A stretch of DNA of 64,000 nt from Synechococcus sp. UW140 (GCA_943373065.1 CALSBA010000009.1:19194-83193); one strand, 5' to 3'. Counted from the stretch's first letter, positions 22,178 through 34,782 are shown. The notes: generated by a model not told the origin, from the letters alone. Translations and numbers: made by a program.

Positions 22178-23389
22178 TCAGGTGGCGGAGGGCACCGCAT
22201 GGGGATCAAGGCGTCGCTCCAGGGCCCGGCTGCCCAGTCCGAGGGCGGCACAGCAACCCCAGAACAGCACCGCCAGGGTGAGGTACACCTCACCGTTCCG
22301 CCCCAGGAAAGCCGGGTTGGCCATCACGGTGCGGGCCGTGCCGAGCAGTTCCAGCAGTCCGATCAGCGACAGCAGGGTCGTGTCCTGCAGGAGTGAGATG
22401 AACTGGCCCACCATCGCCGGCAGGGCCACCCGCAGGGCCTGGGGCAGCACCACGTGCTGAAGCGCCTTCGGATAGGACAGCCCCAGGGAGCGGGCGGCCT
22501 CCAGCTGGCCCCGGGGCACGGCCGCCAGACCGGAGCGCACCGCCTCGGCCAGGTAGGCCGCGGCGAAGAAGGTGAGCACCCAGGCCGCCCGCCAGACCCG
22601 ATCGGGCGCCAGGCCGCCGGGCAACAGGAAACCGAGGATGTTCTGGCCGAGGAACAGCAGGGTGATCAGCGGCGCGCCGCGGATGAACTCGATGTAGAGG
22701 ACCGACCCCCAGCGCAGCAGGGGCAGCTCACTGCGGCGCCCCAGGGCCAGCAGCACCCCGATCGGGAAGCACAACAGGATCGCGAAGCTGGAGGCCAGCA
22801 GGGTGAGCATGAGTCCGCCCCATTCCGAAGGGGAGACGGTGACCAGGCCCAGGCCGCCGCTGATCAGCACCATGCCCGCCAGGTAGAGCACTGGCCACAC
22901 CAGGGCGGCCAGCCGCCGGCCGGCGGGGGAGAGGTTCGCCCCGAAACGGCCGGCCAGCCAGCGGCAGAGGACCAGCAGCAGCAGCAGCCCCCACCAGCGG
23001 GACTGGATGGCGAGGGTCAGGCCGAGGGCCGAGGGCACGGCCAGGGAGATCAGGGCCAGGAGCCCCACGGCCAGCCGGTCGTTGCGTGGCCAGAGCACGC
23101 CGGTGCGGTCGGGGCGGGGGTGGGCCCGCAGCAGACCCCAGGTGGCGCCACTGGCCGCCACCAGCAGGGCGGTGAGCAGCCAGAGACGCCACTGCTGCTC
23201 CACCGGGTAGCGGCCCACGGCGAACAGGGTGCTGTTCACCCGCACCACCGCCCACTGGGCCTGGGTGAGGGCCCAGCGCAGGAACCCGAAGGCCCCCAGG
23301 CTGAGAAGCGTGATCAGGGCCAGGCTCAGCGCCGCGTCGGCGGGGGTGGCGAACAGTTCGGCGCGCAGGCGCCGCAGGAGGGCGTTCAT
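22178..23389 (-). CDS. Amino acid ABC transporter permease (AapM/NatH-like)
   Basis: YIEFIRGAPLI, YLAEAVRSG, GQLEAARSLG, PQALR and QDTTL. Confidence 0.92.
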   Translation of the reverse strand: MNALLRRLRAELFATPADAALSLALITLLSLGAFGFLRWALTQAQWAVVRVNSTLFAVGRYPVEQQWRLWLLTALLVAASGATWGLLRAHPRPDRTGVLWPRNDRLAVGLLALISLAVPSALGLTLAIQSRWWGLLLLLVLCRWLAGRFGANLSPAGRRLAALVWPVLYLAGMVLISGGLGLVTVSPSEWGGLMLTLLASSFAILLCFPIGVLLALGRRSELPLLRWGSVLYIEFIRGAPLITLLFLGQNILGFLLPGGLAPDRVWRAAWVLTFFAAAYLAEAVRSGLAAVPRGQLEAARSLGLSYPKALQHVVLPQALRVALPAMVGQFISLLQDTTLLSLIGLLELLGTARTVMANPAFLGRNGEVYLTLAVLFWGCCAALGLGSRALERRLDPHAVPSAT

Positions 23390-23390
23390 C

Positions 23391-24428
23391 TCAGCGCTCC
23401 TGGATCTGGACCAGATGGTTGAGGCCGTTCATCAGGGCCGAAATCAGCAGGTCGAGGGTGAGGTAGGCCGCCAGCAGCACCAGGATCACTTCCACCGCCC
23501 GGCCGGTCTGGTTGAGGGTGGTTTCGGCCACGGAATAGAGGTCGGTGTAGCCCACCGCCACCGCGAGGGAGGAGTTCTTGGCCAGGGAGATGTACTGGGT
23601 GTTGAGCCCCGGCACGATCACCCGCAGCGACTGGGGCAGCACGATGCGGCGCAGGGTCGCGAACCAGCTCAGTCCCAGGGAGGAGGCCGCCTCCCACTGT
23701 CCCTTGGGAACGGCGGCGATGCCGCCGCGCACCACTTCGGCGATGAAGGCCCCCGAATACACGATCAGGCCGGTGAGCAGGGCGCCGAATTCGACACTCA
23801 GGCGCACCGGGGCCTGCCAGACCCCGTTGACGAGCGTGGGTCCCATCCAGCGCAGCCCCTCGCCGAACCCGGCGATGTACAGGCCCGATTTGGCCAGCAC
23901 CACCCCGGGCAGCTGGATCGCCGCCACGCCGTTCGGCAGGGTGAGGAACACCACGAAATACCAGAACACCAGCTGCAGCAACAGGGGGATGTTGCGCACC
24001 ACCTCCACATAGACCCGCGCCAGCCGTCGCAGCAGGCCGTTATGGCTGAAGGAGGCCATCCCCACCAGGGTGCCCAGCAGGGTGGCCCCCACCAGGCCCA
24101 CCAGCACCGCCCGGATCGTGTTGACCAGGCCGGCCGCCAGGGCGCGCCAGTAGGGCAGTTGGGCATTGAACGGAATCACCGATTCCGAGATGTCGAAGCC
24201 GGCGGGCTGCTGCAGCCAGCGCCAGCTCAGCAGCAGCCCGGCCGCCGTCAGGTTGCGGATCAGATTGCCCAGCAGGAAGGCGATCAGCAGCAGCACCAAC
24301 AGACCCACCACGGCCTGTACCAGCCAGGGAACGACGCGGCGGTCGCGCCACCAGGGCGGCTTGGGGGCAGGCAGTTTCGCGGCAGACAGTGGCGATGGGG
24401 TCGGGTCGGCGGGGGGGACCGGCGCCAT
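23391..24428 (-). CDS. Amino acid ABC transporter permease (AapQ/NatG-like)
   Basis: AGFDISE, GLVNT, RNIPLLLQL, AEVVRGG, GQWEAA and KNSSLA. ATG at 24428 overlaps the upstream stop (TGATG). Confidence 0.92.
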   Translation of the reverse strand: MAPVPPADPTPSPLSAAKLPAPKPPWWRDRRVVPWLVQAVVGLLVLLLIAFLLGNLIRNLTAAGLLLSWRWLQQPAGFDISESVIPFNAQLPYWRALAAGLVNTIRAVLVGLVGATLLGTLVGMASFSHNGLLRRLARVYVEVVRNIPLLLQLVFWYFVVFLTLPNGVAAIQLPGVVLAKSGLYIAGFGEGLRWMGPTLVNGVWQAPVRLSVEFGALLTGLIVYSGAFIAEVVRGGIAAVPKGQWEAASSLGLSWFATLRRIVLPQSLRVIVPGLNTQYISLAKNSSLAVAVGYTDLYSVAETTLNQTGRAVEVILVLLAAYLTLDLLISALMNGLNHLVQIQER

Positions 24429-25489
24429 CAACGGAAGGGCGGGGAGTAGATCAGGCCGCCATCCTTCCACTGGCGGTTGAGGCCCCGGTCGAGCTTGAGC
24501 GCGGATGCGGGGCCCACGTTGCGGTCGAAGATCTCGCCGTAGTTGCCCACGGCCTTCACCGCCTTGACCACGAAGTCGGGCGGAAGGCCCAGCTGCTTGC
24601 CGAAGTCACCCTCCACCCCCAGGAAGCGGCGCAGGTCGGCCTGGTTGGTGTTGGCCTTGGCCTCGGCCAGCTTGGCGTCCACATTGGCCTGGGTGATGCC
24701 GCTCTCCTCGGCCTGCATCAGACCGAACACGATCCAGCGCACCGCATCGGCCCAGGCCGGGTCGCCGTTGGTGGTGGCGGGGGTCAGCGGCTCCTTGCTC
24801 ATCACCACCGGCAGCAGGGTGTGGGCGTCCGGTTTGGGGAAGCTGGTGCGCTTGCCCGCCAGCTGGGAGCGGTCGCTGGTCACGGCCACGCAGCGGTCGC
24901 CGAGGTAGGCGGCGAAGGTCTGGTCGCTGGTCTGGAACTTCAGCGGCGTGTAGGGGATGTTCTGCTCCCGCATCCGGTCGGCCAGGTTGAGCTCGGTGGT
25001 GGTGCCGCTCTCGACGCAGATCGGCTTGCCGGCGAGGCCCTTGAGGTCCTTGATGCCGCTGGCCACGGGCACCAGCACCCCCTGGCCGTCATAGAAGGTG
25101 GTGGGGGCGAAGCTGAGGCCGTTGCCGCCGGCCGCATCACGGCTCAGGGTCATGGTGGTGTTGCGCGACAGCAGGTCCACCTCGCCACTGGCCAGGGCAG
25201 CGAAGCGCTCGCTGGAGTTCAGGTCGCGGTACTCCACCTTCTCGGGATCCCCCAGCACCGCAGCGGCCACGGCCTTGCAGACGTCAACGTCGAGGCCCAG
25301 GTACTTGCCGTCGGGGCCCACGAAGCTGAAGCCGGGCAGCTTGCCTTCCACACCGCAGATCAGCTTGCCCCGCCCCGTGATCGTGGAGAGCTTCTGGCTC
25401 TGCACACCGCCATCATCCCCAGCACAACCGGCGAGCAGGCCAGCGGCCAGCAGGGAGGCCCCGAGGGAGAGGGTCCGGTTCCAGAGCAT
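24428..25489 (-). CDS. Amino acid ABC transporter substrate-binding protein (AapJ/NatF-like), canonical copy
   Basis: Lipoprotein-like signal (LLAGC), GKLPGFS, SRNTTMTLSRD, TSDRSQL, SKEPL and VGNYGEIF. Confidence 0.93.
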   Translation of the reverse strand: MLWNRTLSLGASLLAAGLLAGCAGDDGGVQSQKLSTITGRGKLICGVEGKLPGFSFVGPDGKYLGLDVDVCKAVAAAVLGDPEKVEYRDLNSSERFAALASGEVDLLSRNTTMTLSRDAAGGNGLSFAPTTFYDGQGVLVPVASGIKDLKGLAGKPICVESGTTTELNLADRMREQNIPYTPLKFQTSDQTFAAYLGDRCVAVTSDRSQLAGKRTSFPKPDAHTLLPVVMSKEPLTPATTNGDPAWADAVRWIVFGLMQAEESGITQANVDAKLAEAKANTNQADLRRFLGVEGDFGKQLGLPPDFVVKAVKAVGNYGEIFDRNVGPASALKLDRGLNRQWKDGGLIYSPPFR

Positions 25490-25557
25490 GCTTGTTTCCT
25501 TGAGTGGCCGCATTGTTGCAGGTGCGGGCCGGCGCAGGTAGGCCGCCCGGAACCTCC

Positions 25558-26640
25558 TCAGCGGAAGGGCGGGGCGATGTGCAGGCCGCCGCGGCTCCAG
25601 AGGTGGTTAAGGCCCCGCTCCAGGCCCAGGGGGGTGGCAGGGCCGAGGTGGCGCGCGAACAACTCGCCGTAGTTGCCCACCGCCTTGACCACCTGCACCG
25701 TGAAATCGGCGGGCAGGCCCAGCTGGCGGCCGAAATCCCCCTCGATCCCCAGGAAGCGACGTTGCTCCGCCTGGCTGGTGTCCTTCTGGGCGGCGGCCCG
25801 CCGGGCCTCCACATTGGCCTGGGTGAGGCCGCTATCCTCCGCCTGGACCAGGGTGTGGCTCACCCAGCGCACCGCATCGGCCCAGGCCGGATCCGCCTGG
25901 ATCGTCACCTTGGCGCTGGGCTCCTTGCTGAGGAGATCGGGGAGCAGCCCGTGGGCGGCCGGATTCTTGAAGCCACTGCGCTTGGCCGCCAGCAGGGAGC
26001 TGTCGCTGGTGATGGCGGCGCAGCGACCCTGCTCGTAGGCCGGGTAGGCCTGCTCGCCCGACTGGAAGCGCAGCGGCTGGTAGGCGACCCCCAGTTCCCG
26101 CATGCGATCGGCCAGGTTGAGCTCGGTGTTGGTGCCGCTCTCGACGCAGATGGGCTTGCCGGCCAGGTCTTGCAGGCGGCGGATGCCACTGGCCACCGGC
26201 ACCATCAGCCCCTGGCCGTCATAGAAGAAAACCGGGCCGAAGCTGAGGGCGTTGCCGCCGGGGGCGTCGCGGCTGAGCGTGTGGGTGGAGCTGATCGAGA
26301 GCAGATCCACCTCACCGCTGCTCAGGGCCACGAAACGCTCGCCGGCCGTCACCGGCCGGAACTCCACCTTGGTGGGATCCCCGAGCACGGCGGCGGCCAC
26401 GGCCCGGCAGAAGTCGGCGTCGATGCCCACGAAAGCTCCGCTGGGGCCCACCGTGCTGAACCCCGGCACCGCCCCATCCACGGCGCAGACCAGCCGTCCC
26501 CGTTCGCGGATCTTGGCCATGGTGGGGCTGCCGGGGGCCTCGTTGCCGGCGGCGCAGCCCATCAGGCCGCCGAGGGCCGCCATCAGGAGTGCCAGCGTGC
26601 CGATGGCCGGCCCTGACGCACCCCGCGTCGCCCGGCTCAT
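25558..26640 (-). CDS. Amino acid ABC transporter substrate-binding protein, divergent paralog
   Basis: Same scaffold (GFS, CVESGT.TE, SKEP, VGNYGELF) with a lipobox-like LMGC. ATG overlaps the cupS stop. Confidence 0.9.
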   Translation of the reverse strand: MSRATRGASGPAIGTLALLMAALGGLMGCAAGNEAPGSPTMAKIRERGRLVCAVDGAVPGFSTVGPSGAFVGIDADFCRAVAAAVLGDPTKVEFRPVTAGERFVALSSGEVDLLSISSTHTLSRDAPGGNALSFGPVFFYDGQGLMVPVASGIRRLQDLAGKPICVESGTNTELNLADRMRELGVAYQPLRFQSGEQAYPAYEQGRCAAITSDSSLLAAKRSGFKNPAAHGLLPDLLSKEPSAKVTIQADPAWADAVRWVSHTLVQAEDSGLTQANVEARRAAAQKDTSQAEQRRFLGIEGDFGRQLGLPADFTVQVVKAVGNYGELFARHLGPATPLGLERGLNHLWSRGGLHIAPPFR

Positions 26641-27038
26641 CCCGGCAGGATCACCCGGTCGATCACGTGCACGATGCCGTTGTCGCAGACGATGTCGGCA
26701 GAAACCACGGTGGCGTTCTTGACCTCGAAGGGCTCAGCCCGACGGATCGCCACCGGCGCCCCCTCCAGGCTCTCCCATTCCGGCTGCCCAATCAGTTGCT
26801 CCCGCCGGTAGGCCCCGGAGAGCACATGGAATTTGAGGATCCGGGCCAGCTGGGGCACGTTGTCCACCAGGGTCTGGACCGTGCCGGGGGGCAGGGCGGC
26901 GAAGGCGTCGTCGACGGGGGCGAAGACGGTGAAGGGGCCGGGGCTTTCCAGGGCGCCGGTGAGCCCGGCCACCTCGACGGCGGTGAGCAGGGTGGCGAAG
27001 CAGCCGGCTCCCTTGGCGGTTTCGATGATGTTGGCCAT
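26637..27038 (-). CDS. cupS: Fasciclin-domain small subunit of the NDH-1(3) CO2 uptake complex
   Basis: FAS1 motifs FTVFAP.DDAF and NGIVHVID; directly downstream of cupA. Confidence 0.88.
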   Translation of the reverse strand: MANIIETAKGAGCFATLLTAVEVAGLTGALESPGPFTVFAPVDDAFAALPPGTVQTLVDNVPQLARILKFHVLSGAYRREQLIGQPEWESLEGAPVAIRRAEPFEVKNATVVSADIVCDNGIVHVIDRVILPG

Positions 27039-27048
27039 GGGGAATCTC

Positions 27049-28359
27049 CTAGCGGTAGTCCTGGGTCTGGATCTGGGGCAGACGGGCCTCGGGCCGCAGG
27101 AAGCGATCCATCTGGGCCTCGAAGAACTTCCGGTTGGCCATCAGATGCACCGGGTCGGTGTCATCGAGGGGATAGAGCAGGGCACAGCGCAGGGCCTGGA
27201 TCACCGCCGAGGTGACGTTGTACATGGAGCGCTGGAAGGTGATCCCCAGTTGGATGAGCTTGTCCTCATCGCCACGCTTGTGGTGCTTGTAGAGCTCCTC
27301 CAGATAGGGCGGCAGGAAATGCAGCATGTCCTGCATCAGCAGGGTGGGAGGGATGCCGGCCGAGCCCACGGGGAACACGTCGGCATAGAGGATGCCGTAG
27401 TGGAAATCGGCCTGATCGGCAGGCACCTGATAGGCCTGGGCGTTGTAGCTCTTGGTGCCGCGAAATGGCGCCGTGCGATAGAAGACCGCCTCCACGTACG
27501 GGAGAGCCGCTTCATAGAGCCAGGTGAAGCCTTCCGACTTGGGGATGATCTCGAGGCACTCCCCGCCGATGTACACGTGGTGGTAGATGGGCCGCCCCGC
27601 CACGGCGAAGATGCCGTTCACCAGGAAATCCATGGCGGCGGGCACGCCGGAGAAGCCGCCCTCGTCGTAGATGTCGCTCATCTCGAAGAACACCGGCGCC
27701 ATCACCTCCCAGAACAGGCCGAGGTTGGCGTAGTAGCTCATCTTCTTCACCTGCTCCATGAACATCTCAGGGAACAGGCGATAGAGGCCGAGCATCAGCG
27801 GATTGCCGCGGAAGTAGGCCTTGATGGCGCGATCGGCGTTGGCCCGGTAAGCGTCACTGGCGAGATAGTCGTAGAAGCGGCCGCCCATGCCCTGATGCCA
27901 GAGCATGGCTTCCATGCACGCCTCGGCGAACTCCATGTTGATCCGGTCGTGCCAGAGGTGATGGAGCAGCTTCGACATCTTGCCGGTTTCGCCCTTCTCC
28001 ATGAACTCCAGCAGTTCAGGATGGGCCTTTTCACCGCCGCGCCAGATCCGCAGCTTCGACTGATCGCCGGCGTAGGAATTGGGGAGATCGAGGTACTCCT
28101 GGCTGGGAAAGTATTTGAAGGCCGGCAGGGGATCGAGGAACACCTGCTCGGCGATGTAGAGCAGGTCGCGCCAGTAGAAGTCCATCGGCACGGCATAGGC
28201 CTTGTAGATGCCGATGATCTGCATCAGGTTCTCCGGCGTGTCCGGCAGCATCGAGCCGCCGGCCTCCAGCCGGTGGATCACATCGGCATAGCGATGGGTG
28301 GAGGGCGGGATCAGGGGAGCGGTGACGGGCTCGGGGGCCGTGGCGGTGGGGGGCGTCAT
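27049..28359 (-). CDS. cupA: CO2 hydration protein CupA/ChpY (high-affinity type)
   Basis: 436 aa, which fits CupA rather than the shorter CupB. Motifs LEAGGSMLPDTPENL, YAVPMDFY, EFAEAC...WH, YRTAPFRGTKSYNAQ. Followed by cupS. Confidence 0.92.
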   Translation of the reverse strand: MTPPTATAPEPVTAPLIPPSTHRYADVIHRLEAGGSMLPDTPENLMQIIGIYKAYAVPMDFYWRDLLYIAEQVFLDPLPAFKYFPSQEYLDLPNSYAGDQSKLRIWRGGEKAHPELLEFMEKGETGKMSKLLHHLWHDRINMEFAEACMEAMLWHQGMGGRFYDYLASDAYRANADRAIKAYFRGNPLMLGLYRLFPEMFMEQVKKMSYYANLGLFWEVMAPVFFEMSDIYDEGGFSGVPAAMDFLVNGIFAVAGRPIYHHVYIGGECLEIIPKSEGFTWLYEAALPYVEAVFYRTAPFRGTKSYNAQAYQVPADQADFHYGILYADVFPVGSAGIPPTLLMQDMLHFLPPYLEELYKHHKRGDEDKLIQLGITFQRSMYNVTSAVIQALRCALLYPLDDTDPVHLMANRKFFEAQMDRFLRPEARLPQIQTQDYR

Positions 28360-29912
28360 GACGTGCGCAGCTCCGAGGCGGAAGGGAGGGTGACGGCGAC
28401 CAGGGGGGAGCCGGAGGCGGCGAGGGTGAGGGGCTGGGCGGCATCCCGGCTGAGGAACGGCTGGGTGCGCAGGGCCAGACCCGTGGATTCGGTCTCACTC
28501 CAGCCCGTGAGGGCGGTAGGCCAGAGGCCCGCCGCGATCACCAGAACGGTGAGGGCCATGGCCGGCGCCCGCTCGCTCCAGCAGGTGGAGCTCCATTTGG
28601 CGCGCTCGTTGTCGAGGCGGCCGAAGCCCACCCTGTTGAACAGGCGGATGGCGTAGACGGCGGTGAAGCCCGAGGCGATCAGGCTCACCAGGGTGGCGCG
28701 GGGGAAGGTGGTCCAGCTGCCTTCGAACACCAGCAGCTCGGCAGGGAAGCCCGCCAGGCCGGGGATGCCGGCGGCGGCCATCATGGCCAGCAGCAGCATG
28801 CCCATGGTGAACGGCAGTCCCCGCAGGGGGTTCATCAGGCCCGAGAGCTCAGGGATGGACGTGGTGCCGGTCTTGCGTTCAATCAGGCCGACGCAGGCGA
28901 ACAGCAGAGCCACGATCATGCCGTGGGCGAGCATCTGGGCCACCGCCCCCTGCAGACTGAGGGGGGTGGCGGCTGAGAGCCCCAGCACCAGCAGGCCCAT
29001 GTGGCCGAGGGAGCTGTAGGCCATCAGGCGGCGGATGTCGCTCTGGGCGATGGCGTTGAGCGCCCCGTACACCGCGCTGATGGCGCCGGCAGCGGCGATC
29101 CAGGGCGACCAGGCGGCCCAGGTGTCTGGAAGGAAGCCCACGCCGAAGCGCAGCAGGCCGTAGGCGCCCAGCTTGGAGACGGAGCCCGCCAGCAGCATCA
29201 CCACCGGGGTTGGGGCCTGGCCGTAGGTGAAGGGCTGCCAGCCGTGGAGGGGAAAGACGGGAAGCTTCAGGCCGAAGGAGAGCAGCAGCAGGGCCAGGAT
29301 CCAGCGTTGGGCCGTGGGGGAGAACTGGGCCTGGCGAAGATCCTCGAAAGCGAAGAGCGGACCGGCGGGATTGAACCAGGCGAAGGCCAGCACGGCCGCC
29401 AGCAGGGCCAGGCCGGAGACGGCGCTGTAGAGCAGGAAACGCACCGCGGCACCGGCCCGTTTCTCGCCCCCCCAGACCGCCACCAGCAGGGTGATCGGGA
29501 TCAGCACCAGCTCGAAGGCCAGGAGGAACAGCAGGGCGTTGCGAGCCAGCAAGCCCGCGACGACACCCAGGTTGGTGGCCAGCATCAGCGAGAAGAACAG
29601 CCGCGGCCGGGACTGGTCGGCCGCTGCCGAGAGGATCGATAGAGAGGTGATCAGCGCGGTGAGCAGCACCAGCGGCAGCGAGAGGCCATCCAGACCGAGA
29701 TCGAGCCCGAGCCCGAGTTTCGGCAGCCAGGAGAGCTGCAGGTCGGCGGGGGGGTGCTGCCAGCAGAGCAGGCCCACAAGGAGCTGAAGGGCGCCGAACA
29801 GGGCCGCGATGCCGCGGACCCGAACGGAAGGAACGGTTGCCGGCAGCAGGGGCAGCAGCAGGGTGCCGGCCAGGGGTGCGGCCAGGAGAAGCAGGAGCGA
29901 GGACGATCCCAT
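28356..29912 (-). CDS. ndhD3: NADH dehydrogenase subunit 4, NdhD3 type
   Basis: Proton-translocating antiporter-like subunit (FELVLIP, LKLPVFPLHGW, SKLGAYG, YSSLGHMG) between ndhF3 and cupA. Confidence 0.88.
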   Translation of the reverse strand: MGSSSLLLLLAAPLAGTLLLPLLPATVPSVRVRGIAALFGALQLLVGLLCWQHPPADLQLSWLPKLGLGLDLGLDGLSLPLVLLTALITSLSILSAAADQSRPRLFFSLMLATNLGVVAGLLARNALLFLLAFELVLIPITLLVAVWGGEKRAGAAVRFLLYSAVSGLALLAAVLAFAWFNPAGPLFAFEDLRQAQFSPTAQRWILALLLLSFGLKLPVFPLHGWQPFTYGQAPTPVVMLLAGSVSKLGAYGLLRFGVGFLPDTWAAWSPWIAAAGAISAVYGALNAIAQSDIRRLMAYSSLGHMGLLVLGLSAATPLSLQGAVAQMLAHGMIVALLFACVGLIERKTGTTSIPELSGLMNPLRGLPFTMGMLLLAMMAAAGIPGLAGFPAELLVFEGSWTTFPRATLVSLIASGFTAVYAIRLFNRVGFGRLDNERAKWSSTCWSERAPAMALTVLVIAAGLWPTALTGWSETESTGLALRTQPFLSRDAAQPLTLAASGSPLVAVTLPSASELRTS

Positions 29913-31828
29913 CAGCGGAACGGGCGAACGAGTTCGGACGGAACGGAAGGGGCGGAGGCCAGCAGCCAGGCGGCCATCAGCAGCACCCCGAGAAGGAGGG
30001 TGAGGGCATAGGCCTGGGTGCGGCCGGAGGTGGTGAAGCTGAGGCGGCGGGCACCCTCAAGGGCGGCACTGCCGGAGGCACCACTGAAGCCATCGATCAG
30101 CCGGTCATCCGACCAGGCACTGAGCCGGGCCAGGGCCACCACCAGCCACACCACGGTGCGGTGGTAGAAGCGCTCGGTCTGCATGTCGTGGGCCAGCCAG
30201 TCCTGCAGGCCGCCGAGGGCTGCGGGCAGGTGGGCCAGGGGGTGGGGCCGCAGGTAGAACACCGCCGAGAGGCCGCCGCCCACGAGGGTGGAGATCAGCA
30301 GGGGCATCGCCAGCGGACCCCAGCCCGGAAGGGGGGAAAGGGCGAAGACGCCGTTGATCACCATCAGCTGCGGCAGGTGCAGCACCAGACCCATGAGCAC
30401 GAAGGTGGGCAGTGCCATCAGCCACAGCACCTCGGCGGAGCGGGTGGTGAACACCGACGGACGCCCGCCCCAGATCAGCCCGAACACCCGGATCAGGCCG
30501 GCGCTGATCAGGGCATTGGTGAACAGCACCAGGGAACCGAGCAGCACCGGATGGGAGCTCTCGGCCGTGAGCACCATGAGCTCGCGCAGGGCGGCGAAGC
30601 CACCGAACGGTGGCAAGGCCATCAGGCCGGCGGCGCCTGTGAGGAAGGCCAGGCCCATCAGCGGACGCTTGCTCCACAGGCCCCCGAGCTGGGTGAGGTC
30701 CTGGGTGACGTTGGTGATCACGATGGCGCCGATCACCATCAACAGCAGCGCCATCGGCAGGGGATACACCAGCATCAGGTGATCGGCCACGCTGATGCCG
30801 CCCAGACCCACCGCCACGAACAGCAGGCCGAGCCAGCTGCTCACCAGGAAGGAGAGGGCGCGCTTCACATCGATCTGGGCGAGGGCAATCAGGGAGGCCA
30901 CCAGCGCAGTGGTTCCGCCCACGATCACGAGCACGGTCTGCACCAGGGCGCTCAGTTCGATCAGGGGCTCGAGCCGCAGCAGGACCCAGGCGCCGCCCAC
31001 CACCACCACCGAGTTACGGAGCACGGTGGAGGGCAAGGGACTCTCCATGGCCTCATCGAGCCACAGGTGCAGGGGGATCTGGGCGCACTTGCCCATCGGC
31101 CCGGCGATCAAGGCCAGCAGGATCAACGGCAGAAACTGGGGAAGGGGGTTGCCGTTATTGATCTGATCGGCGGCCCAGGCCTGCAGCCCGTGGAAGTTCC
31201 AGGTGCCGGTGATCGGCAGCAGGGCAATCAGGCCCGCCAGCAGGATCAGGTCGCCGATCCGCTTGGTGAGGAACGCATCGCGTGCGCCCTTGACCACCAG
31301 GGGCTGGTTGTACCAGGTGCCCACAATCAGGTAGGTACCCAGGGTGAGCAGCTCGAGGATGACGTAGCTGAAGAACAGCGAGTCCGTGAGCACCAGGGCG
31401 CACAGACCGGCCTCGAAGAAGCTCAGGGACCCGAAGAAGCGGGGCCAGCCCCAGTCCATCTCCAGATAGCCGATGGCGTAGATCTGCACCAGCACATGCA
31501 GGCCGGTGATCACCGTCATCGCGATCAGGGCCGGCTCGGTGATCAGGCCATCGAAGCCCACCTTGAGCCCGGCGGTCTCCAGCCAGGTCCAGCCGAAGGT
31601 GAGGGGCTGGTAGAGGGCAGCGGCACCTGCGGCGGAATTGGAATGGAGCGCCATCAGGGCGGCGGCGCTGTGGACGAAGGCCACGCTCACCAGGGTGAGG
31701 TTGAGATAGCCGCAGGGGCGTGGACCCGTGCGCGAGATCAGCCCCGGAGACCAAAGCAGCGACAGCAGGGACGCCACCAGGGGGTAGAGCGGAACCAGCC
31801 AGGCCGTCTGGGCGAAGAACAGGGTCAT
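29912..31828 (-). CDS. ndhF3: NADH dehydrogenase subunit 5, NdhF3 type
   Basis: SRTGPRPCGY, GYLEMDWGW.RFF, GARDAFLTKRIGD and GKCAQIPLHLWLDEAME; head of the cupA/cupS operon. Confidence 0.9.
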   Translation of the reverse strand: MTLFFAQTAWLVPLYPLVASLLSLLWSPGLISRTGPRPCGYLNLTLVSVAFVHSAAALMALHSNSAAGAAALYQPLTFGWTWLETAGLKVGFDGLITEPALIAMTVITGLHVLVQIYAIGYLEMDWGWPRFFGSLSFFEAGLCALVLTDSLFFSYVILELLTLGTYLIVGTWYNQPLVVKGARDAFLTKRIGDLILLAGLIALLPITGTWNFHGLQAWAADQINNGNPLPQFLPLILLALIAGPMGKCAQIPLHLWLDEAMESPLPSTVLRNSVVVVGGAWVLLRLEPLIELSALVQTVLVIVGGTTALVASLIALAQIDVKRALSFLVSSWLGLLFVAVGLGGISVADHLMLVYPLPMALLLMVIGAIVITNVTQDLTQLGGLWSKRPLMGLAFLTGAAGLMALPPFGGFAALRELMVLTAESSHPVLLGSLVLFTNALISAGLIRVFGLIWGGRPSVFTTRSAEVLWLMALPTFVLMGLVLHLPQLMVINGVFALSPLPGWGPLAMPLLISTLVGGGLSAVFYLRPHPLAHLPAALGGLQDWLAHDMQTERFYHRTVVWLVVALARLSAWSDDRLIDGFSGASGSAALEGARRLSFTTSGRTQAYALTLLLGVLLMAAWLLASAPSVPSELVRPFR

Positions 31829-32003
31829 GGCGGGAGAACGGTCGGGACCGGGGACGGCCCGCGTGGTGGCGAACACTAAGATCCCGGGCGCCGAGCGGTG
31901 GCTTTTCCGTGAAGGAAATTCCTATGGGATCTCCAAGCTGTCGTTATCAGTCAGCGGCCATCCCCTTGGCCCTGCCCACCGGGCCGGAACGGCTGGACAC
32001 GCA

Positions 32004-34778
<2,775 letters not shown>

Positions 34779-34782
34779 CGCG

